Of a stretch of 64,000 nt of DNA, positions 54,049 to 61,850 are shown piece after piece. The DNA comes from an uncultured Acidobacteriota bacterium (lineage in GTDB: Bacteria; Acidobacteriota; Polarisedimenticolia; JACPZX01). Within the stretch, counting starts at the first letter, position 1, and each line of letters opens with the position of its first letter. Both the position numbers and the translations under genes were made by a program. The stretch lies in NCBI GenBank assembly GCA_964568735.1, contig CAZMRF010000007.1, positions 15,517 through 79,516 on the forward strand, written 5' to 3'. The notes under the pieces were generated by a model. That model was given only the letters and a program-made list of their open reading frames with translations, was not told the DNA's origin and ran no database searches.

Positions 54049-54516
54049 GGGTTGTTCTCTCGCGTCATGGCGATCCTCGCATGTGAAGCTCGGATCGCCG
54101 GCGCATGGACGGGCCGGCGTGCGACGTATTGCTTCACGCAGCGCCGGGCCGCACCCCGCGGGCATGGTCTCAGTGCGAACTCACCGATCTGCCGCGACAA
54201 CTCCGCACCACGATCGTACTCACGCCCGGCCGGAGCGTGCCGGCGCTGCCGGGCGCGCATCGGACGCGCCGGCCGGTTCAGCGTATGGCGGTGGGATTGA
54301 AGGATCGGTGAGGCAGCAGGGGTGGGGCGAAGAGCCCGGGGGCCCCCTGGCCCCCAATGGTGAGCTTCGAGAGAGAATGCTCACGCCGCGACCGGATGGA
54401 GGGAGCGGAAGACCCCTTATACTCCCCTGCAGACTTCGATGTCAATGGCGAGATCCATCGCCGCAGGGGCCGTTTCAGAGGGTGACCGCCTGAGGATGGC
54501 CCTGGCGCACCACGCT

Positions 54517-56805
54517 TCAGCCGTTCAGCCGATCCAGCCCCACGCGCCGGCGTAACTCGCTGAAGCGGGGATCGCCTCGCAGCGGCGCGACCCGCGGATC
54601 GACGTCGAGGAAGGCGAACCAGTGGGCCCGCTCCTTCAGGGCCGCGTCGAGCAGGACGAAGGCGGCGTCAATCTCGCCCAGCGCCGTCCGGACTAGCGCC
54701 GTGAGGAACGAAGAGACGTAGACCTCGCCCCGGCGCCCCTCGAGCTGGGCGAGGAGCCGCCGCGCCTCATCGGCGTTGCCGGCGCGCGCGTGGCCATAGG
54801 CCAGGAAGGCCTCGGTGAAGGGGACGTTTCCCGCGTGGCAGTTGGCCTTTTCGAACTCTTCGAGCGCTTCGCCGTGATCCCCCGTCTCCAGGAGCGCCCA
54901 TCCGCAATAGAGCCTCCCGAGAGCGAAGCTCCGGTCGAACTCCTGCGTGCGGCGCAGCTCGTAGACGGCGCGCTCGTGATCCCCCTTGAAGTGCCAGACC
55001 CACCCCATCGCCGAGCTGTTGATGAGCGAGAGGGGATCCAGCAGGCAGGCCCTGCGGGCCATCTCGAGCGCCTCGTCGAAGCGGCGGGCCACCGTGAGGA
55101 AATTCGCGAAGTAGCGGAGCGTCTCGGAGGAGTTGGGGTTGCCCTCGAGGGCCTTGCGGAGGCTCAACTCGGCCTTCTCCCAGTCCCAGTCGTGATAGAG
55201 CTGCGAATAACCCACGAGGGCGTGGGCGTCGCTGAGGGAAGGGTCGAGCACCAGCGCGATGGTTGCGGCGGCCTTCGCGCGGGGGAAGGCGTCGTCCGGG
55301 CGGAGGTAGCAGTAGAAGCCAAGGATGTTGCAGGCCTCGGCCACCCCGGCGTGCGCCAGCGCGAAGGTGGGCTCGATCTCGATGGCCCGGTTGAAGTGAT
55401 CGAGGCTCTTCCGGAGTGTCTCCTCCGTCCGGCGATTCCAGTAGTAGCGCCCTTTGAGGTAGGCATCGTAGGCCTCGGGCGCCATCGGGCGCGCCGAGGT
55501 CAGCCGCGCGTGCGTCTTCTCGTCGAGCTTCCCCGCGATCTCGTGCGCGATGGCATGAGATACCTCGCGCTGCAGCGCCAGGACGTCCTCCAGGCTCCTC
55601 TCGTAGCTCTGTGCCCAGAGCGTCGTGTCGGTGGCGACGTTCACCAGCTCCACCGTGATCCTGACGCGGCCGCCCCCGCGGAGGATGGAGCCTTCCACGA
55701 TGGCGTCCACCTTCAGCTCGGCGGCGATCTCGCTGAGCCGCATCCGGCTGCCCTTGTAGTGCATGGCGGTCGTCCGGGAGATGACGCGGACGTTCGCCAG
55801 TCCGGCCAGGTCCGCGATCAGCGCCTCCGTCATCCCGTCGGCGAAGAAGTCATGATCGGGGTCGCCCGATAGGTTCCGGAGCGGCAGCACGGCCAGGGCG
55901 CGCGCCCTGGGCCCGGCGGTGAAAGGCTCCGGCACGGCGGGGGGTGGCGTGTCGAAAACGGCTGTCGAGAGGTTGCGCAGCGAGAAGGCCAGGTCCCCCG
56001 CCGTCTGAAAGCGCGCGGTCGGGTCCTTCTCAAGACATCTGAGGACTACGCTCTCGAGCTCGCGCGGAAGGGCCGAGGCGCTTCCTCCCATGGCCGCAGG
56101 GCTGTCGCGCAGGATGGCGGCCGTGCGCTCGGCCGCCGTCGGTCCGCTGAAAGCGGGCCGGCCGGCGATCATCTCGTAGAGGACGCATCCGAAGGCGAAG
56201 AGATCGGATCGAGCGTCCACCGGCTGTCCACGCGCCTGCTCGGGAGCCATGTAGCCCGCCGTCCCGAGCGTCGTTCCGGGCTGCGTCGTGTTCTTCGGAA
56301 GGGTCGGCTGAGCGGTGTCACCGCGGCGCGCCGGCTCGTCGATGCGCGCCAGGCCGAAGTCGAGGATCTTCACGTGGTTGTCGCGCGTGATGAAGATGTT
56401 CTCCGGCTTCAGATCGCGGTGGACGATGCCCCTGGCGTGGGCCGCACCCAGGCCGTCGGCGATAGCCGTGGCGAACTCGACGGCCCGGCGCCAGGGCAGC
56501 GCTCCCCCCCGGAGACGGTCCCTGAGCGTTTCGCCCTCCAGCAGCTCCATGACGGCGTAGGTGACTCCCTCCGCCTCGCCGAAATCGTGGATGGCCAGGA
56601 TGCTGGGATGGGTCAGCGAGGCGATGGCCTTCGCTTCACGCCTGAATCGCGCCTGTCGCTCGGGGTCCTTCGCCACCTCGGCAGGCAGTACTTTGAGCGC
56701 GACCTTGCGCTCCAGGCGGCAGTCCTCCGCGAGGTAGACCTCACCCATCCCGCCACGGCCCACTTCGCCGAGGATCGTGTACTGGTCGAGGCGCTTGCCT
56801 ATCAC
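54517..56805 (-). CDS. Ser/Thr protein kinase with TolB-N-like/periplasmic module and C-terminal TPR repeats
   Basis: GEVGRGGMGEVYLAED, VALKVL, HRDLKPENIFI, DFGLAR, GTAGYMAPEQ. Then ..LAVLPLRNLSGDPDHDFFADGMTEALIADL.. (a segment often seen in TPR-kinases/adenylate-cyclase-type sensors), then TPR-like helices. I prefer the GTG start at 56805 (VIGKRLDQY); the track start at 56955 would overlap the upstream gene. Confidence 0.88.
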   Translation of the reverse strand: MIGKRLDQYTILGEVGRGGMGEVYLAEDCRLERKVALKVLPAEVAKDPERQARFRREAKAIASLTHPSILAIHDFGEAEGVTYAVMELLEGETLRDRLRGGALPWRRAVEFATAIADGLGAAHARGIVHRDLKPENIFITRDNHVKILDFGLARIDEPARRGDTAQPTLPKNTTQPGTTLGTAGYMAPEQARGQPVDARSDLFAFGCVLYEMIAGRPAFSGPTAAERTAAILRDSPAAMGGSASALPRELESVVLRCLEKDPTARFQTAGDLAFSLRNLSTAVFDTPPPAVPEPFTAGPRARALAVLPLRNLSGDPDHDFFADGMTEALIADLAGLANVRVISRTTAMHYKGSRMRLSEIAAELKVDAIVEGSILRGGGRVRITVELVNVATDTTLWAQSYERSLEDVLALQREVSHAIAHEIAGKLDEKTHARLTSARPMAPEAYDAYLKGRYYWNRRTEETLRKSLDHFNRAIEIEPTFALAHAGVAEACNILGFYCYLRPDDAFPRAKAAATIALVLDPSLSDAHALVGYSQLYHDWDWEKAELSLRKALEGNPNSSETLRYFANFLTVARRFDEALEMARRACLLDPLSLINSSAMGWVWHFKGDHERAVYELRRTQEFDRSFALGRLYCGWALLETGDHGEALEEFEKANCHAGNVPFTEAFLAYGHARAGNADEARRLLAQLEGRRGEVYVSSFLTALVRTALGEIDAAFVLLDAALKERAHWFAFLDVDPRVAPLRGDPRFSELRRRVGLDRLNG

Positions 56806-56893
56806 GTTGGGTAGGAGCCTTGATGAACGATGGGAGATGAACCCACGCGATTCTAACAACCGGGGGTCCCCGGCGCTTTCCTCCGGCGGCCGG

Positions 56894-57736
56894 TCAGCGT
56901 GCGGCGAGCGCCAGGTCCCATCCCATGGCCATGATCGCGAGATCGGCCATGACATGGCTGACCCAGCCGGGCAGGATCGAGGCGGACCTCTCGTAGAGCC
57001 AGGCCCAGAGAAGGCCTCCCAGGACGACGCCGATCGTGAGGGGCCCCATCAGCCAGGCGCCCGGCCCCGTGCCAAGGTACGTCCAGAGGACGACGACGTG
57101 GTGCGACGCGAAGGCGAGGCTGCTGAGGAGCGCCGCCGCGCGGAAGCTCGTGCCGATCCGTATCCGCCTGAAGAGGAACCAGCGCCAGTAGTACTCCTCC
57201 AGCCAGGAGTGCAGGATCGCTATGAAGACCGCCAGCAGCGCGTAGCGCAACGGCGTCGTCGCGCCCATGGCGGCCAGCCGCTCGGCCACCCTCTGCGCCG
57301 CCGCGGAGGCCGCGGGGCCGCCACGCAGCATGAAGACGTAGCCGGCACAGATCACACCCGAGATGAGAGCGCCAGAGAGCAGCCCCACCGTCAGGTGACG
57401 CATCCGCCCGGGCCCTCCCCTGCGGTCCTTTTCTTCAAGGGGCCGCGCACCCTCCCTTCGGGCGGCCACCGCTGCGATCCCGGAGCTGTCCACATGCTGC
57501 ACCTGAGGGCCGTCGCGCCTCCACGCGCCGCGGGACAGGAGCAGCCAGGCCACCGGCAGGCCGAACTGGATCGCCTTGCAGCCCAGATAAGCGATCTGGA
57601 AGAGAGGGCCGTCCGAGAGTCGCACGAAGTAGAGCCACGCCCCGAAGGTGGGAAAGAGCGCAGCAAACACAACAACCGGGAGCTCGGCCCTGCCCGTGGA
57701 TGCAGTTCCATTATCTGCGCTCGGATTACTGCTCAT
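56894..57736 (-). CDS. CPBP-family intramembrane glutamic endopeptidase (CAAX-protease-like)
   Basis: Motifs EEYYWRWFLFRR (EExxxR), FASHH (FxxxH) and HVMAD (HxxxD) lie in hydrophobic helices. Start taken at the internal ATG (MSSNPSADNG, complement of 57734-57736). Confidence 0.8.
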   Translation of the reverse strand: MSSNPSADNGTASTGRAELPVVVFAALFPTFGAWLYFVRLSDGPLFQIAYLGCKAIQFGLPVAWLLLSRGAWRRDGPQVQHVDSSGIAAVAARREGARPLEEKDRRGGPGRMRHLTVGLLSGALISGVICAGYVFMLRGGPAASAAAQRVAERLAAMGATTPLRYALLAVFIAILHSWLEEYYWRWFLFRRIRIGTSFRAAALLSSLAFASHHVVVLWTYLGTGPGAWLMGPLTIGVVLGGLLWAWLYERSASILPGWVSHVMADLAIMAMGWDLALAAR

Positions 57737-57949
57737 ACGTCGGGTGAATCTCGCACGGCAGGCCCGTGAACTCCAACCGCGCTCAGGAAGCGTCCCGGAC
57801 GCAACCGTCATCCGAATCCTGCAAGCGCAGGGCCCTCAATGCACAAGCACCCGTTGGCGCGTGGCGGAGGATCTCGCAGGCGTGTATCCTCGCCACCCGC
57901 AGCCGGCCCACCCACGGGCTCGCCGCCGTCTCTCGCAGGAGTCCTCCGC

Positions 57950-59254
57950 ATGTCTTCGAAGGCCTTCCGAGCAGCACCTGCCCTCCTCCTTCTCGCGCAC
58001 GCACTCGTGGGCACTCCACCGGCCGCGGCCTCCGAGTCCTACGTCATCCGTGCCGGCACCCTCATCGACGGGACTGGGGGGCCGCCCGTCACCGGCGTGT
58101 CCCTCCTGATCGAGGAGGGCCGCATCGTACGGATCGACCGCAAGATCGATCCCCCGTCGGGCGCCCGCGTCATCGACCTGTCGAAGAGGTGGGTCCTCCC
58201 GGGCCTGATCGACGCGCACGTTCACCTGACCGGCCGTGAGATCGGCGAGGGCGACTGGAAGAACTCCGCGGTCCGCGATCTGCCCCAGGAAGACGCCATC
58301 CGCGGAGTCCGCAACGCACGGCTCACGCTCGAGGCCGGCTTCACGACGGTGCGCAACGTGGGAGCGAGCGACTACTCGGACATCGCCCTGAGGCGGGCCA
58401 TCCACGACGGCGTCGTCCCCGGTCCCCGGATCATCGCAGCGGGCCACAGCCTCGGCAGCACGGGAGGCCACTGCGATACCAACGGGTTCATCCCCGGCGT
58501 GGCCGAGCGCGGACCCGCCGACGGCATCGCGGACGGAGTCGACGCCGTGATGGAAGCCGTCAGGGCGCAGATCAAGCGGGGCGCCGACGTCATCAAGTTC
58601 TGCGCCACCGGCGGCGTGCTCTCCGAGGGAGATCCCGTCGGCGTCCAGCAGTACACGCTGGAGGAGATGAAGGCCATCGTGGAGACGGCCCACATGGGCG
58701 ACCGGCGCGTGGCGGCCCACGCCCACGGCACCGAGGGAATCAAGGCGGCGCTGAGGGCCGGGGTCGACTCGATCGAGCACGGATCGATGCTCGACGACGA
58801 AGCCATCGCGCTCTTCAAGCAGACCGGCGCCTGGCTGGTCCCCACGCTGATGGCGCAGGAGGCCGTCGAGAGGCAGGCCACCAACGGCACGCTCACCGAC
58901 ATGCGCCGCGAGAAGGCCCTCTTCATCGCGCCGAGAGCGAGAGCCTCCTTCCGCAAGGCCGCCGCGGCCGGCGTGAAGATCGCGCTGGGCTCCGATGCCG
59001 GCGTCTACCCCCACGGGACCAACGGCCGCGAGCTCGTCCTCATGGTGGACAACGGGATGTCGCCGATGGATGCCATCCTGGCCGCCACCCGGAACGCGGC
59101 GCAGCTCCTCGGCCTGCCCGATCAGGTGGGGACGCTGGAGCCGGGGAAGGTGGCCGACGTCGTCGGGTTCGCGGGGGATCCTCTCGCCGACATCCACACC
59201 GTGACGGCGCCCGTCTTCGTCATGCACGAAGGGAGGATCGTCGTCGAGAAATAG
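57950..59254 (+). CDS. Secreted amidohydrolase-family metallohydrolase
   Basis: Start MSSKAFRAAPALLLLAHALVG (ATG 57950). ..LPGLIDAHVHL.., ..VIKFCATGGV.., ..VAAHAHG.., ..SIEHGS.., ..IALGSDAG.. give the HxH/K/H/H/D ligand order of the amidohydrolase superfamily. Confidence 0.88.
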   Translation: MSSKAFRAAPALLLLAHALVGTPPAAASESYVIRAGTLIDGTGGPPVTGVSLLIEEGRIVRIDRKIDPPSGARVIDLSKRWVLPGLIDAHVHLTGREIGEGDWKNSAVRDLPQEDAIRGVRNARLTLEAGFTTVRNVGASDYSDIALRRAIHDGVVPGPRIIAAGHSLGSTGGHCDTNGFIPGVAERGPADGIADGVDAVMEAVRAQIKRGADVIKFCATGGVLSEGDPVGVQQYTLEEMKAIVETAHMGDRRVAAHAHGTEGIKAALRAGVDSIEHGSMLDDEAIALFKQTGAWLVPTLMAQEAVERQATNGTLTDMRREKALFIAPRARASFRKAAAAGVKIALGSDAGVYPHGTNGRELVLMVDNGMSPMDAILAATRNAAQLLGLPDQVGTLEPGKVADVVGFAGDPLADIHTVTAPVFVMHEGRIVVEK

Positions 59255-59269
59255 CCCGGTGACACGTTT

Positions 59270-59288
59270 CGCGGGCCGGAGGGTCGCC
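59270..59288. repeat. Solo arm of element E2 (19-nt identical direct copy)
   Basis: cgcgggccggagggtcgcc at 59270-59288 is identical to 60970-60988. It lies between the convergent amidohydrolase stop and the repeat-protein stop. Confidence 0.7.
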
Positions 59289-59326
59289 TTTCGCTCGAAG
59301 TCCCGGCGCTGGTTCGCCGGACGCCG

Positions 59327-60892
59327 CTAGGGCAGCACGTCCACCTGACGGACGTTTCCGAAGTTCTTGCGCGCAGTGTCGTTCCTGGCCAGGTCGTCGT
59401 CGAGGCCGTAGACCTGGATGTACAGAACGGGGCTCGAAGGGTTCTCCGCGAGCGCCCGCGCACAGGCCTGCCGCCACTTCTTGAGCGTCGGGGTCCACGC
59501 GGGGGACGTGAGGTAGCGGTCGCCGCTGGTGAGCCGCTTTCCCTTCGCGAACGTCGGGTCCCACGCGACGAAGACGCGGTACTTGTCGTACTGGGAGGGA
59601 TCCCAGGCGATGGTCGGACGGATGGTCGAGGGGTCGCTGCAGTCGACGGCTCCCCCGGAAGCCGGATCCATCACGAGCGGCGGGCCGGCCAGGGGCTGCC
59701 CGAAGACGCCGTAGTCCGATCCGTCCTGCTCGTAGCTCTGCCAGACGACCACGAAATTCCCGCGAGGATCCGCTGCGATCGCCGGCGACGCCTGCGCGGA
59801 CGTCGTGTAGGTGTTCACCGCGAACTCGCCGCCGATGGACGCCCCCGTGCTGTCGTACCGCCGCCCCGAGAGCGCGAAGTCGGAGCCGTCCTGACCGTAC
59901 GACTCCCACACGATCGCGAAGGCGCCGGCTGGATCGACGGCGATCGAGGGCTCGCGCTGTGTCTCGGTCGTGTAGGTGTTGACCTGGAACTCGAGGCCGA
60001 TCGGGGCGTCCGTCCCATCGAAGCGCGCTCCAAAGACGCCGGCGACGGAGCCGTCCTGGTCCTGGCTGACCCAGGTGACCGTGACCACCCCGAATCTGCC
60101 GATCCCGACGGAAGGGTCGAGCTGGTACCCCTCCGTGTAGGTGTTCACCAGGAACTCGGAGCCGGGCGTGCCAAAAGCATTGAAGCGGCGCGCGGCGACT
60201 CCCCTTCCCGATCCGTCCAGGCCGGCGCTGTCCCACGTCACCACGAACTCGCCCGAGGCATCCATGTCCACGGCGGGCCGCTGCTGATCGCCCGTCGTGT
60301 ACGTGTTGACGATGAACTCGGGAGAGAGCCCGACGCCCCGGCGATCGAGAAGGCGCCCCACGATCCCCTCGCTCGAGCCGTCCTGCCCGGGGCTCGCCCA
60401 TACCACGATGAAGGTGCCCGAGCCGTCCGTCGCCACGGAGGGTCCGAACTGGGAGCCGGTCGTATAGGTATTGACCTGGAAGGGCGGCCCGAGCGGTCCG
60501 TTCACGTCGAAGGTACGGCCGAAGACGGCGTCGGAGGAACCGTCGCCGTAGCTGTTCCAGACGACGAAGAAGATGCCCTCCCCGGCCGCGACGGCCGGGA
60601 CCTCCTGTGAGTAGGTCGTGTAGGTGCTGATCTGGAAGGACGGGCCCAGGGGCGTTCCCCCCTGATCGAAGCGGCGCCCGAAGATCCCCGTGGTGTAGCC
60701 GCCCCCGTAGCCCGACCACACGACCATGAAGTCGCCCCCTTCGCGGACCGCCACCTTCGCGTTGAGCTGCGGGCCCGCCGCCGCGGGGCTGATCGGACGC
60801 TCCGGTCCGCGGAGGTAGCCCTCCGCGAACACCGCGCCGCCGGTCGCAGCGTACAAGAGCAGGAAAATGTTCAGAGGCCTCTTCAAGGGCAT
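59327..60892 (-). CDS. Secreted protein with 6-7 tandem ~55-aa repeats (probable beta-propeller) and a distinct C-terminal domain
   Basis: Start at MPLKRPLNIFLLLYAATGGAVFA (complement of 60890-60892). Repeat consensus F.VNTYTTG.Q..P.VA.D..G.FVVVW.S..QDGS..G(V/I)FG(R)RF...G.P.G.E is seen six times plus a partial. Confidence 0.75.
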   Translation of the reverse strand: MPLKRPLNIFLLLYAATGGAVFAEGYLRGPERPISPAAAGPQLNAKVAVREGGDFMVVWSGYGGGYTTGIFGRRFDQGGTPLGPSFQISTYTTYSQEVPAVAAGEGIFFVVWNSYGDGSSDAVFGRTFDVNGPLGPPFQVNTYTTGSQFGPSVATDGSGTFIVVWASPGQDGSSEGIVGRLLDRRGVGLSPEFIVNTYTTGDQQRPAVDMDASGEFVVTWDSAGLDGSGRGVAARRFNAFGTPGSEFLVNTYTEGYQLDPSVGIGRFGVVTVTWVSQDQDGSVAGVFGARFDGTDAPIGLEFQVNTYTTETQREPSIAVDPAGAFAIVWESYGQDGSDFALSGRRYDSTGASIGGEFAVNTYTTSAQASPAIAADPRGNFVVVWQSYEQDGSDYGVFGQPLAGPPLVMDPASGGAVDCSDPSTIRPTIAWDPSQYDKYRVFVAWDPTFAKGKRLTSGDRYLTSPAWTPTLKKWRQACARALAENPSSPVLYIQVYGLDDDLARNDTARKNFGNVRQVDVLP

Positions 60893-60968
60893 CCTCCTGC
60901 CAGTTGCGGGGGGAACAGGCTGGATCCTACCGCGATCGTCAGGACGTAGCCAGCGCCCCCACTCGATG

Positions 60969-61082
60969 GCGCGGGCCGGAGGGTCGCCCGGAGCGTACGT
61001 CTGGAGCCGGTCGAGATGATCCGCCTGGCATCGATGTGACAACGGCGGAAGTAGGAGCGCAGGGCGACCCTCCGGCCCGCGC
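60969..61082. repeat. Palindromic intergenic element, copy E2 (21-bp perfect terminal inverted repeats, 72-nt spacer)
   Basis: gcgcgggccggagggtcgccc (60969-60989) is the exact reverse complement of gggcgaccctccggcccgcgc (61062-61082). In reverse orientation the spacer reads tgcgctcc..ccgttgtcac.., matching boxes in E1. Confidence 0.8.
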
Positions 61083-61097
61083 TGAGTGCGGCGTAGT

Positions 61098-61183
61098 CGG
61101 GGGAAGGAGCGTCGCCCGAAGCGTGCGTCGGGCGCCAGGCCGTTGCCTTCACGGAGCGGAGCGCACTACCCTCCGGGCGCGCG
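61098..61183. repeat. Degenerate, centrally shortened tandem copy of element E2
   Basis: gtcgcccgaagcgtgcgtc (61111-61129) matches gtcgcccggagcgtacgtc (60983-61001) at 17/19. ggagcgcactaccctccgggcgcgc resembles ggagcgcagggcgaccctccggcccgcgc at the right end of E2. Confidence 0.45.
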
Positions 61184-61250
61184 GGAGCGTGCCGGGAACC
61201 CGGGCCGAGCCGGAAGCCATCTCAGGCCGCACGCGCAAGGGAGGATCTCC

Positions 61251-61841
61251 GTGATTGGATTGATCGTCCTGACGGTCCTCGCGGCCGTGATCATTCTCTG
61301 GGTGGCCTCGATCTACAACAGCCTCGTCTCGCTGCGGAACCGCTTCAAGAACGCCTTCGCGCAGATCGACGTCCAGCTCAAGCGGCGCTACGACCTCATC
61401 CCGAACCTCGTGGAAACGGCGAAGGGCTATCTCAAGCACGAGCGGGGGACTCTCGAGGCCGTCATCATGGCCAGAAACCAGGCCGTCGCGGCGAACAACC
61501 GTGCCGCCGCCGCTCCCGATGACGCGGGCGCCGTGAAGGGGCTCATTGGAGCGGAGACCGCGCTGACGGGCGCCCTCGGGCGCTTCTTCGCCCTTGCGGA
61601 GTCGTACCCGGACCTGAAGGCGAACCAGACGATGGCCTCGCTGATGGAGGAGCTCACCTCCACCGAGAACAAGGTCGCCTTCGCGCGCCAGGCCTACAAC
61701 GACTCGGTGATGGGCTACAACACGGCGCGCGAGCAGTTCCCCGCCGTGATGCTCGCCGCTCCGATGGGCTTCAATGAAGCCGCCCTCTTCGAGATCGAAG
61801 CACCAGCCCAGAGGGAAGCCCCCAAGGTCCAGTTCACCTAG
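61251..61841 (+). CDS. lemA: LemA-family membrane protein
   Basis: GTG start at 61251 with GGGAGGA about 6 nt upstream. VIGLIVLTVLAAVIILWVASIYNSLVSLRN..QIDVQLKRRYDLIPNLVETAKGY..HE..TLEAV..AR is the canonical LemA N-terminus. The track start at 61086 adds an Arg-rich extension. Confidence 0.88.
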   Translation: MIGLIVLTVLAAVIILWVASIYNSLVSLRNRFKNAFAQIDVQLKRRYDLIPNLVETAKGYLKHERGTLEAVIMARNQAVAANNRAAAAPDDAGAVKGLIGAETALTGALGRFFALAESYPDLKANQTMASLMEELTSTENKVAFARQAYNDSVMGYNTAREQFPAVMLAAPMGFNEAALFEIEAPAQREAPKVQFT

Positions 61842-61850
61842 GAATAGAGG

